A program made the translations under genes and the position numbers. A stretch of 62,054 bases of DNA from Caldisericaceae bacterium (GTDB lineage Bacteria; Caldisericota; Caldisericia; Caldisericales; Caldisericaceae). The stretch covers positions 1 to 62,054 of the forward strand of contig JBMFRX010000007.1 of the NCBI GenBank assembly GCA_049967855.1, in the 5' to 3' direction. The stretch's first letter is position 1; every line of letters starts with the position of its first letter. Below are positions 1-8,464 of the stretch, piece by piece. A model generated the notes under the pieces. It saw only the letters and a list, made by a program, of their open reading frames with translations, made no database searches and had not been told where the DNA came from.

Positions 1-288
1 CCACAAAAGCCTTCGATTAACATAGAAATTAGTAAATCAAATGAGGCTCTCTTAATGAAAATTCTCAAGGCTAACGGCACTATAATTTCCACAGAGAACA
101 GGCAAGAAGCAGAAGGAACAGGTTCGCAGACAGAGATAATTAAATACAAGTTTGCAGCAAATAAACTAGGCGAAATTGATAAGGCAGTTAAAGAAATAAA
201 TGGAGTAGGCATAGATATGTCGCAAGCTCCTTCTTTAGTAAACGAAACAAGTGAAATTGAAGTTAATATCAATTTGACAGAAAATTAG
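1..288 (+). CDS. 3' end of a hypothetical protein that starts before the window
   Basis: Frame 1 is open from base 1 (PQKPSINIEISKSNEALLMKILK...) to TAG at 286-288. No recognisable motif. Confidence 0.6.
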   Translation, partial: PQKPSINIEISKSNEALLMKILKANGTIISTENRQEAEGTGSQTEIIKYKFAANKLGEIDKAVKEINGVGIDMSQAPSLVNETSEIEVNINLTEN

Positions 289-339
289 AGGAATCCTCTC
301 CGAGCTGAACCCTTAGCACAGTGAGGGGGGGGTGATTCG

Positions 340-650
340 TTGTGCAGTCCTGCCCTGGTCATTTGGCAATCCTTTCCTTGCGTAAGCAAGTGAGTTATAG
401 TTGTAGTTTGCCGACGTGAGAATCTCCTCCCTCGCGGTCATTGCGAGCGAACGCAGTGAGCGTGGCAATCTGGTTGTTCGTCATTTTCCTTGCAAAAAAC
501 AACGGAGATCCCTCAGAAAGGCTTTTCGGGATGACGACCCCCCTGTCATTGCGAGGGAGTGTAACGACCGAAGCAATCTCGTCTTTAATTATTCACTAAA
601 GCAAAGAGAGATCGCTACGTCGCCCGTGGGGCTCCTCGCGATGACAAAAG
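340..650. repeat. Cluster 1 of GC-rich REP/RPE-like palindromic repeats (GTCATT...AATCT and GAGAT...ATGAC units)
   Basis: Left units at 437-471 and 545-580; right units at 505-535 and 608-645. GTCATTGCGAG (545-555) pairs with CTCGCGATGAC (635-645). Near-identical units recur at 26677-27206. Confidence 0.85.
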
Positions 651-728
651 GGGTCCTATTTTGTGAAACTAATTACTTTAATTACTATGTCTCCTATCTG
701 CAGCTATGTACAAAGAAGAAATAAGCCA

Positions 729-756
729 TTGACTAAACAACTTTAAGTATTAAAAT
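729..756 (+). promoter_or_regulatory. Putative sigma70 promoter of the esterase gene
   Basis: TTGACT-N16-TAAAAT, followed by AAGGAGG before ATG 777. Confidence 0.55.
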
Positions 757-776
757 TATACAAGGAGGCAATAAAT

Positions 777-1526
777 ATGGAGATATGGAAAGGCGCAGAA
801 AGTTTCTCTCATAGAGGAGACTCAAAAACAGGAATACTTGTTTCGCAAGGGTTCACAGGAACAACAAGCAGTGTAATCTATCTTGCCAAATTCTTTGCTG
901 AAAAAGGATACAATGTTGAATGTCCAAGGCTTACTGGGCACGGGACTCGCTGGGAAGAGCTAAATAAGGTGCACTACACCGATTGGATAGGTGACGTTGA
1001 AGGAGCTTACAAGAAATTAAAAGAAGATTCTGATGAAGTTTTTGTAGCAGGCCTTTCGATGGGTGGAGCGCTTGTCTTATACCTTGAAGAGATGCACCCT
1101 GAAATAAAAGGAGGAATACTCATAAACCACGCACTAATTTTTGACGACCCTCGTATAGGTTTACTGCCAATCTTGAAATATTTCGTGAAGTCAACTCCCG
1201 CTATTTCAAACGACGTAAAAGACCCAACTCAGAAAGAACTTGCTTATGATAAAACACCCACTGCCGGCGCTCACGAAATGATCAAACTTACCAAGCTTGT
1301 AATTGACAATTTGAGCAAGGTGATGCAGCCTCAACTCATTTTCAAGTCAAGAGAAGATCATGTGGTGCCTCTCAAAAATGTTCAATTTACCTTTGACAGG
1401 ATTTCATCAAAAGATAAAGAAGTAATCTGGCTTGAAAACTCTTACCATGTTGCTACAATGGACTTTGATAAGGACATAATCTGCGAGAAGAGCTTGGAAT
1501 TTGTGAAAAAACATACACATATTTGA
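777..1526 (+). CDS. Alpha/beta-hydrolase carboxylesterase / monoacylglycerol lipase (Est30/YvaK-like)
   Basis: QGFTG oxyanion region, GLSMG nucleophile elbow, EDHVV Asp and SYH His. Confidence 0.9.
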   Translation: MEIWKGAESFSHRGDSKTGILVSQGFTGTTSSVIYLAKFFAEKGYNVECPRLTGHGTRWEELNKVHYTDWIGDVEGAYKKLKEDSDEVFVAGLSMGGALVLYLEEMHPEIKGGILINHALIFDDPRIGLLPILKYFVKSTPAISNDVKDPTQKELAYDKTPTAGAHEMIKLTKLVIDNLSKVMQPQLIFKSREDHVVPLKNVQFTFDRISSKDKEVIWLENSYHVATMDFDKDIICEKSLEFVKKHTHI

Positions 1527-1550
1527 TTATTTTAGTGAATTTTGTATAAT
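1523..1550 (+). promoter_or_regulatory. Putative sigma70 promoter of the riboswitch/wtpABC transcript
   Basis: TTGATT (1523-1528)-N16-TATAAT (1545-1550), directly upstream of the riboswitch. Confidence 0.55.
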
Positions 1551-1555
1551 ACAGT

Positions 1556-1658
1556 GATTTAACTCCGATCAAGCTGGCCTAAAGGAAGAAGCCTATGGTC
1601 TCTTGACGGTAGGGTATAGTTGGAAACGGCTGTGCCTGCTATTTTGCAAAGGAGGAAA
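1556..1658 (+). ncRNA. Moco/Tuco riboswitch (Moco RNA motif), variant lacking P3
   Basis: ACTCCGA start; P2 with CCTAA (1578-1582)/TATGG (1594-1598) receptor; AGGGT; P4 stem 1613-1622/1627-1636 capped by GAAA; TGC..TTTTGCAAAGGAG 3' end. P1 pairs CTCC with the SD GGAG. It lies upstream of a WtpA/ModA transporter. Confidence 0.85.
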
Positions 1659-1660
1659 CA

Positions 1661-3031
1661 ATGAAAAGAAATGTAATCAGAACAGTAGCGTTATTGGCGA
1701 CTCTTTCTCTTCTTGTTGGGATTTTTAGCATTATTCTTGTAAGGGGAGATACGAGTGCTATCATCCAGCTTACCATTGGAAGTAAAAAAGCCTATGTAAA
1801 CTTTAAAGAAGTTGCTCTTGACCAACCACCAGTTATCGACAATGGAAGGACATTAGTTCCTGTTAGGTTTATCGTTGAAGCTCTCGATGCACTTTCAGAC
1901 TGGGATTCCAGAACTCAGACAGTTACCCTGATTTTTGATGACAAGGAAATTAGTTTCAAGGTTGGATCTGACATTGCTTACGTCAACGGAAGCAAATTTA
2001 ACCTTGATGTTCCTGCAAAGATTCTTCCAACTGGAAGAACAGTTGTACCCGTAAGATTTGTATCTGATGCAATTGGTGCGAAAGTTAGTTGGGATAGTAA
2101 CAAAAAAATGGTTACAGTTGTTTATTCCATCCAGCCAGTTACCAAGAAACAAAAGGTAACACTAAAGGTGATTCACGCAGGGAGCTTAACTCAACCAATA
2201 AGATCTGTTGAAGACAGTTTCAGCAAGTATTACTCTACGAGAGGTTATGATATTACCTTTCAGGACCAATCGGGAGGTAGTGTGGATGTTGTAAAAGCTG
2301 TATCAGAACTTCATCAAGAGTTTGATGTTGTTTTAACCGCAGATTCATACCTCATACCTCAATATTTGTTGCCAGACTATGCGAATTGGTACATAGAATT
2401 TGCAACTAACAAGCTTGTGCTTTGCTATACAGATAAGAGCAAGTATGCCTCTCTGATAAATGCAAGTAATTGGTACAATATCCTCCTTAGAAATGATGTG
2501 GAATTTGGGTATGCTGATCCAAACTCAGACCCATGTGGTTATAGGACAGTGCTTATGTTCCAGCTTGCAGAAAAATATTATAAAGTCACCGATTTGAATA
2601 ACAAGTTAATTAAGGCTACAAAACCGAATAATATCCGCCCAAAATCAGTTGAGCTTGTTGCACTTCTTCAAGCTAATGAACTCGATTATGCATTTGAATA
2701 CGAATCTGTTGCTGTTCAAAATAATCTCAAATACCTCAAGCTTCCTGACGAGCTTAATCTTGGAAACTCAAAATTTAAGGATTTTTATGCTCAAGCAAAC
2801 TTAACCCTCAAAGACGGCACTGTTGTAAAAGGAGCTCCAATTGTCTACGGGTTAACAATCCCAAAAAACGCACCTCAAAATGATCTTGCAGAAAGGTTTG
2901 TTGCCTATCTTCTTAAGAACGGGTCTCAAAAATTTTCTGTTTATGGGCAACCATTCATAGAGCTCAAGGGGTATCCAAACAATGAAACACTTCCCAAGAT
3001 AATAAGAGCAGTCTTGCAAAATCTCAACTGA
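1661..3031 (+). CDS. wtpA: Tungstate/molybdate ABC substrate-binding protein (WtpA family) fused to an N-terminal copper-amine-oxidase N (stalk) domain
   Basis: Two GRT(L/V)VPVRF stalk repeats, then HAGSL, GGS, ADS, DPNSDPCGYR, YES and PIVYGLTIP WtpA motifs. Confidence 0.85.
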   Translation: MKRNVIRTVALLATLSLLVGIFSIILVRGDTSAIIQLTIGSKKAYVNFKEVALDQPPVIDNGRTLVPVRFIVEALDALSDWDSRTQTVTLIFDDKEISFKVGSDIAYVNGSKFNLDVPAKILPTGRTVVPVRFVSDAIGAKVSWDSNKKMVTVVYSIQPVTKKQKVTLKVIHAGSLTQPIRSVEDSFSKYYSTRGYDITFQDQSGGSVDVVKAVSELHQEFDVVLTADSYLIPQYLLPDYANWYIEFATNKLVLCYTDKSKYASLINASNWYNILLRNDVEFGYADPNSDPCGYRTVLMFQLAEKYYKVTDLNNKLIKATKPNNIRPKSVELVALLQANELDYAFEYESVAVQNNLKYLKLPDELNLGNSKFKDFYAQANLTLKDGTVVKGAPIVYGLTIPKNAPQNDLAERFVAYLLKNGSQKFSVYGQPFIELKGYPNNETLPKIIRAVLQNLN

Positions 3032-3041
3032 ACAGAACGGG

Positions 3042-3842
3042 ATGCAAACAAAGAATAAAGCATTTAAAAGCATACTTATGGGCATAAGTACCATTGCCGT
3101 CATATTCATTCTGCTACCCATATTACGCTTGCTTACTTACTCTTCACCCTCTCTTATACTAAATGCAATGAAAGACCCGTCCACAATAAATGCAATTGTA
3201 AATAGTATTGTGTTCTCTCTTGTGACCGCAGCATTAGCAGTAATACTTGGAATACCTCTTGCTTACCTTATGGCAAGAAAATCTTTTGGAAGGCTTGAGG
3301 GAGTAGTCGAGGGAGTTTCAGACATTCCACTTGCAGTGCCACACACGGTCGCAGGCATTGCACTATTATTAATCTACGGAAGAGATGGCACTTTAGGGAG
3401 CTTGTTTTACAGGACATTTGGCATCAAACTCACAGGGACATCCATTGTTGTGGTCATTGCAATGCTCTTTGTTTCGTTCCCTTTCTTTGTTGATGCGGCA
3501 AGAGAAGGCTTCAGGAGCGTTGATGAAGCACTCGAGAATGCATCAAGAAGTTTGGGGGCTTCGGCATTTTCAACATTCTTACGGATAAACCTGCCTTTAT
3601 CGATACAATCAATCCTTGCAGGCTTTCTATCAACATGGGCAAGAGCAATTTCTGAGTTTGGTGCAGTTGTTATCCTTGCATACTACCCTATGACTGCGCC
3701 CGTTAAAATATACGATGCCTTCACTCAGTACAACTTGAGCGTTTCAATTGCCATTGCTGCAACTTTACTGTTGTTCTCACTTGCCATATTTATTGGACTG
3801 AAAGTGCTTACAAGGGAAAGAAATGATAACTTTAAAAGTTGA
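3042..3842 (+). CDS. wtpB: Tungstate/molybdate ABC permease
   Basis: DIPLAVPHTVAGIALL, EAA-type motif ENASRSLGA, WARAISEFGAV. Confidence 0.88.
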   Translation: MQTKNKAFKSILMGISTIAVIFILLPILRLLTYSSPSLILNAMKDPSTINAIVNSIVFSLVTAALAVILGIPLAYLMARKSFGRLEGVVEGVSDIPLAVPHTVAGIALLLIYGRDGTLGSLFYRTFGIKLTGTSIVVVIAMLFVSFPFFVDAAREGFRSVDEALENASRSLGASAFSTFLRINLPLSIQSILAGFLSTWARAISEFGAVVILAYYPMTAPVKIYDAFTQYNLSVSIAIAATLLLFSLAIFIGLKVLTRERNDNFKS

Positions 3843-4884
3843 CGATATCTCGGCAAAAAATGGTTCTTTTGAGATTGCCCACATATCTTTTTCAGTAGAA
3901 AGTGGAGAAATACTAGTTGTTCTTGGGCAGAATGGCTCAGGCAAATCAACATTGCTCAATGCAATCGCAGGTTTTTTGCCACTTGAAAACGGAAGAATAG
4001 AACTCCTCGGCAAAGATGTAACGGAGGCTCTTCCAGAGGAGAAAAATATCGGCTACATTTTCCAGAATCTTGCTCTTTTCCCGCATCTAACCGTAAAAAG
4101 CAATATCCTGTACGGAACAAATTTTAAGAAAATAAAGAATTCAAAAGAACGCTTTGAATCATTAGTTGACTTTCTCAAACTGGAGAACTTGCTTGAGAGA
4201 AAGCCTTCAGCACTTAGTGGTGGAGAACGCCAGAAAGTTGCCCTTGCAAGAGCTCTTGTGATTGACCCTGCAGTTTTGCTGTTGGATGAGCCAACATCGC
4301 AACTCTCTCCTGTTGAAAAAGAACGTGTCGCAATTGAAATAAAGGAAACCATAAAAAGTTACAAGAAGAGCGCGGTTTTTGTCACTCACAGCATTGAGGA
4401 ATCCTACATCGTTTCAGACCGCATTCTTGTGCTTGAAGATGGAAGGCCTCTTCAATTGGGAACTCCAGAGGAGATTTTCTATACACCAAATTCAGATGGC
4501 GTTGCAGAGATTGGCGAAGTTAATGTTGTACACGGTGTTGTAAAATCTACTGAGGAAAACATTGTTAAAGTTGATTCAGGCGGCGTTTACATATGGACTT
4601 TAGGAGACTTTAATGTTGGAGATCAGATAAAGGTTTTTATAAGACCTGAGGAAATAACACTATCCAACAATCCAACAATAACCAGTGCAAGAAATACTCT
4701 TGGTGGGACTGTTGAGAAAATTATCAACAAGGGGTCTCTTTCACGTGTCAGGATAAAGATAAACGACTCTGTATATTTGAATGCTCTTATAACAAGGCAA
4801 TCTTTACACGAGCTTGAACTCTCTTGCGGTAAACCGATTCATATTAGTTTTAAGATAACATCTATCCATTCTATAAAAATGTAA
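3823..4884 (+). CDS. wtpC: Tungstate/molybdate ABC ATPase with C-terminal TOBE domains
   Basis: GQNGSGKS, LSGGERQ, LLLDEP, VTH, TSARN TOBE region. Overlaps wtpB. Confidence 0.88.
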   Translation: MITLKVDDISAKNGSFEIAHISFSVESGEILVVLGQNGSGKSTLLNAIAGFLPLENGRIELLGKDVTEALPEEKNIGYIFQNLALFPHLTVKSNILYGTNFKKIKNSKERFESLVDFLKLENLLERKPSALSGGERQKVALARALVIDPAVLLLDEPTSQLSPVEKERVAIEIKETIKSYKKSAVFVTHSIEESYIVSDRILVLEDGRPLQLGTPEEIFYTPNSDGVAEIGEVNVVHGVVKSTEENIVKVDSGGVYIWTLGDFNVGDQIKVFIRPEEITLSNNPTITSARNTLGGTVEKIINKGSLSRVRIKINDSVYLNALITRQSLHELELSCGKPIHISFKITSIHSIKM

Positions 4885-4940
4885 AATTGATTTGGAACTT
4901 TTTCGGCATTTGCTTAGTCTAAATAGTGGAGGCGAAAAAA

Positions 4941-5663
4941 ATGAATAAAAAATTAGTTGCTTTTTTAGTTGTAGCTGCATTACTTAGTGTCGTCGTCATT
5001 GGCGGGAAGGCTTTACCAAAAGGGGCAGTAACCGCACAGGAAACCGACCTAACTCATACAATTACAGTGAGCGGCATCGGCACTGCAACAGTAACTCCTG
5101 ATATTGCTGTTATTAATGCAGGGGTTTTTGTAGAAGACCTTGACCCCGCAAAGGCAATGGACGGTTTGTCTCAAAAGGCAAACAAGATAGTTGAAGCTGT
5201 TACCAACTCAGGGGTGAAAAAAGAAGATATCAAAACCTCTAACCTGTCACTTTATCCAATCTATAGCTATGAGAAAGACACAGGTAAACCAATTCTTCAG
5301 GGATACAGGGCATCTGAATCATTTACAGTAAAGGAAAAGATCTCTGATGCAGGCACAATAATAAGCGCTGTAAGCAAGGCTGGCGCCAATCAAATTGACG
5401 GAATCACTTTTGATGCATCAAACAGAGACTCACTTAAGCTTGATGCAATTGACGCTGCAATGAAGGATGCACGAGCAAAAGCAGATGCAGCTCTAAAGGG
5501 AACAAACTACAAAGTCACAGGAATAAAGACAATTTCGGTTGAGTCATCTACGCCAACTCCTATTTACTTTAAGGCAATGGCAAGCGATCAAGCAAATGTT
5601 CCAGTAGAAGGTGGCACAATCGATGTAAATGCAAGCGTCCAGGTTATATTTACGTTTGATTAG
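4941..5663 (+). CDS. SIMPL (DUF541) domain exported protein
   Basis: ITVSGIG..V.PD.A, IKTSNLSLYP.Y, AM.DARAKA. Start moved to ATG 4941 (GGAGG at 4928-4932); signal peptide present. Confidence 0.88.
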   Translation: MNKKLVAFLVVAALLSVVVIGGKALPKGAVTAQETDLTHTITVSGIGTATVTPDIAVINAGVFVEDLDPAKAMDGLSQKANKIVEAVTNSGVKKEDIKTSNLSLYPIYSYEKDTGKPILQGYRASESFTVKEKISDAGTIISAVSKAGANQIDGITFDASNRDSLKLDAIDAAMKDARAKADAALKGTNYKVTGIKTISVESSTPTPIYFKAMASDQANVPVEGGTIDVNASVQVIFTFD

Positions 5664-5674
5664 TTAGCATATCG

Positions 5675-5699
5675 GGGAGTGGCAACCACTCCCTTTTTT
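5675..5699 (+). terminator. Rho-independent terminator
   Basis: GGGAGTGG-CAA-CCACTCCC followed by T6. Confidence 0.85.
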
Positions 5700-5728
5700 A
5701 ATTTATGCAGAAATATGGAGAAAACCAA

Positions 5729-6175
5729 ATGAAAAACAAGATTCTTACAGCTGTGTTTATCGCATTGTTAATAATTTTATGTGCCTTCCTTGCGCTTTTG
5801 CTGACAGTTAAAAAATACTCTATAACTTCGGTAAATGCAAGAGTAATTGGCGAATCTATCGTTGGAGAAAATTACAATAAGAGCTTAGATATTTTGCTGC
5901 ACGATAATAAATACTACCTGACATATAAATGCTCTTCGAAAGAACCAGGCAAGTACTGCAAATGCCTTGATTCAACAAAGCTCATAACAAGAAACGAATT
6001 AGGAATGCTTATGAAAGAGATTAACGCTCTCAAAGACGAAGGAGAAAGTGCCAAATGCTGCGACCATCCCTGGACAGAAATCGAAGTGCATTATTCAAAT
6101 GGCGCCGTAAGAAAGTTGACAGTAGCTATGGAACCAATCAACTTCGAAACACTTCTCAACATAACCTGCCCATAA
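5729..6175 (+). CDS. Hypothetical membrane-anchored Cys-rich exported protein
   Basis: GGAG then ATG 5729; N-terminal hydrophobic helix; six Cys in the soluble part, including CKC and CCDHPW. Confidence 0.7.
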   Translation: MKNKILTAVFIALLIILCAFLALLLTVKKYSITSVNARVIGESIVGENYNKSLDILLHDNKYYLTYKCSSKEPGKYCKCLDSTKLITRNELGMLMKEINALKDEGESAKCCDHPWTEIEVHYSNGAVRKLTVAMEPINFETLLNITCP

Positions 6176-6224
6176 ACTGCCCTGGCAAATGGAATATTTT
6201 AAATACATTCAGAGGCGGGTTACT

Positions 6225-6977
6225 TTAGGAACTTACCTTCTCAAAGAAAAGGTTTTTTGCTTTGAGAAACTTCTCAAATAAAAAACAAACCTGCTTCAAT
6301 TCCTCATCTGATCCCTCAAATCCTACCTTAAGTAATTTCTCTCCGAGTACTGGTGGATAGGAAGAGGTTTTAACCCTATATTCCTTTTCGACATTCTCAA
6401 GAAAATCTATCAGCTCGGATTCTTTAGCTGTCGTCCTGTAAGAAACAGTCTCCCTGGGAATGCCTGCTGGTAGGCAATCTAAAACATAATTTTCTAACAT
6501 CCTTTGGAATTCTTCAGGGACGCCTGGTAAGACAAAAATGGTGCAACCTTTAAATACAAAATGCTCACCAGCCGCTATACCACAAGAATTAGGTATAGGG
6601 TTAGAATTCTCCAGTCCGATTGAAAGCCTCTTGATGTACAAATTGTATTTTGAATTGGGGTAGTTACTGAGGTTTGATTTTACAACATCTTCCTTGTGTG
6701 GATTGTAAACAAGATTAATACCTGTAGCTCTGGATACCGCATTCAAAGTAACATCATCAGGTGTAAGCCCAAGTCCTCCTGATACGACAAGAAAATCCAC
6801 CTCATTTGCCAAAAACAGGAGCGACTTTTCAATACACTCAATTCTGTCAGGGACAGTTAGCAAAAAGCTAAGCTCAAGATTTTTCCGTTTTAACAGTTCG
6901 ATGAAGCAAGGCGTGTTTGCATCATGCCTGCTACCTGAGAGTACTTCATTTCCTACTATAATAATTCCTATGCTCAT
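6225..6977 (-). CDS. CinA N-terminal / MoCF-biosynthesis-like domain protein (no CinA C-terminal deamidase)
   Basis: IIVGNEVLSG...DAN, SGGLGLTPDDVT, LPGVPEE. Confidence 0.85.
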   Translation of the reverse strand: MSIGIIIVGNEVLSGSRHDANTPCFIELLKRKNLELSFLLTVPDRIECIEKSLLFLANEVDFLVVSGGLGLTPDDVTLNAVSRATGINLVYNPHKEDVVKSNLSNYPNSKYNLYIKRLSIGLENSNPIPNSCGIAAGEHFVFKGCTIFVLPGVPEEFQRMLENYVLDCLPAGIPRETVSYRTTAKESELIDFLENVEKEYRVKTSSYPPVLGEKLLKVGFEGSDEELKQVCFLFEKFLKAKNLFFEKVSS

Positions 6978-8464
6978 CTCATATTGACTAGATAGCCATT
7001 TTCAAGCATCCAGTCAAAAATCTTGGATATCTTAAGATAGGTGCGCTCTTGAGCTTCATCCTTGTAACCAATCTCTATGAGGTTGTTGTCTTCTATTAGG
7101 AACAGGTATTGGATGATAGTATCTCCTCCAAAAGGAGCATCACGATTCTTATCAAGGTAGAGGTTAAGTATGTCAAAATGGGGTATTCTGTTTGGGTCAA
7201 CTCGTCCTTCCTTGGAGGCATTACTAATTTTTTCGTAGAGTACGTTTGTATCATGAAAATCTTTCGTTAAAACCATAGCGACATCGGCATCGTATTCAAT
7301 GTCTCCTCCTCCCGTGCAATTGAACATCGTCGGCCTATGAGGACTATTTTCTGAATCAAGCTTTGTTCCCTCTTTGTCGAGTGATGAAATTGCAAAAATG
7401 GGCGAATTGAGTTCCAAAGAAAGATTGGCAAGCCCTCCTGAAACTTCATCAACTTGCTGGGCAAGGTCTTGGTATAGGATTGACGTTGGGACCTTCTGAA
7501 GATAGTCAAGAAATATCACGATTTTGTCTGTTCCTGCACTTTGCATTACTGACAAAGCATGGCTGCGGATTCTATTGATTGTGTCTTCTCTTCGCCCTTC
7601 CATAAGGTAAACATAGTTCATATAACTCTCTATCTTGGCATAGCCTTCTTTGAAACGTTCAGACAATTCGGCGTTATCAAAAATGGTTTCAACTTCAAGG
7701 TCAAAGGGCGTTATAAGAGTTTCCTGAGACAAAAGCCTCAGGAAAAGCACTCTTTCAGTTTGCTCCCAGGAATAATACAGGACAGGAATGTGATCATTGT
7801 TCGCAATAGAAGCAGCGAGCCTCAACATAAGATTAGTTTTGCCTCTTCTTGGGGCACCTGCAATTGCATAGTAGAAACCTCTCCTGGCTCCTGATAGAGT
7901 CTCATTCAGAAGAGAGAACGGCTCGAGTGAGTAACCAAGTATTTTGTTTCGCTCTTTTGAACGCGATTCCAATTCAACGGTGAAACGGATAAGAGAGCTT
8001 CTTATTGGTTGAATCTTTCTCTTTGTTCTTCCTATTACTACACTTCGCAAATCGCTTACTATATCACCTGTAAAATCAATGACATTTTCTTTCCTGACAT
8101 TGGATTCGACATAATTTTTGATTTTCTTAGCAACCGCAATGAGTTCTCCCTCTGCAAGCCTTCTCTTTAGAATCTCTATATAGGCAAGAATGTTCTCAAG
8201 GTTTGCTCCTTGCTCATTATTTATCTCATCGATAAGCTCACCTATGTGTGGGGTAAAAAGCCCCTCCTCCTGGATACCCTGTTTAATCAGTTCGGGGTCT
8301 ATAATTGTTTCTCCTTTGCCGTAGGTTTTTAAGATATAATCTACAATAGTCTTAGCCTCGTTTGATTCAAAGAGGTCTTTGTCAAACCCTTCGCTTACGG
8401 CTCTTGAGAAAAGAAATTTATCCTTAATAACCGATGCTATGACCTTTCTCTCTATCTCATCCAC
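6974..8464 (-). CDS. Divergent DnaB-family (SF4) helicase-like protein
   Basis: DnaB-like N-domain; Walker A AGAPRRGKT, YSWEQ, LDYLQ, IEYDAD, KNR. Confidence 0.8.
   Translation of the reverse strand: MDEIERKVIASVIKDKFLFSRAVSEGFDKDLFESNEAKTIVDYILKTYGKGETIIDPELIKQGIQEEGLFTPHIGELIDEINNEQGANLENILAYIEILKRRLAEGELIAVAKKIKNYVESNVRKENVIDFTGDIVSDLRSVVIGRTKRKIQPIRSSLIRFTVELESRSKERNKILGYSLEPFSLLNETLSGARRGFYYAIAGAPRRGKTNLMLRLAASIANNDHIPVLYYSWEQTERVLFLRLLSQETLITPFDLEVETIFDNAELSERFKEGYAKIESYMNYVYLMEGRREDTINRIRSHALSVMQSAGTDKIVIFLDYLQKVPTSILYQDLAQQVDEVSGGLANLSLELNSPIFAISSLDKEGTKLDSENSPHRPTMFNCTGGGDIEYDADVAMVLTKDFHDTNVLYEKISNASKEGRVDPNRIPHFDILNLYLDKNRDAPFGGDTIIQYLFLIEDNNLIEIGYKDEAQERTYLKISKIFDWMLENGYLVNMR

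Noticed and set aside
416..724. 102-aa ORF (VIASERSERGNL...EIATSPVGLLAMT)
   Set aside because: It is a translation of the palindromic repeats, with no SD and no protein family signal.
6974..8464. DnaB-like gene as a prophage or plasmid marker
   Set aside because: No integrase, primase, structural genes, att-like repeats or obvious compositional shift nearby.
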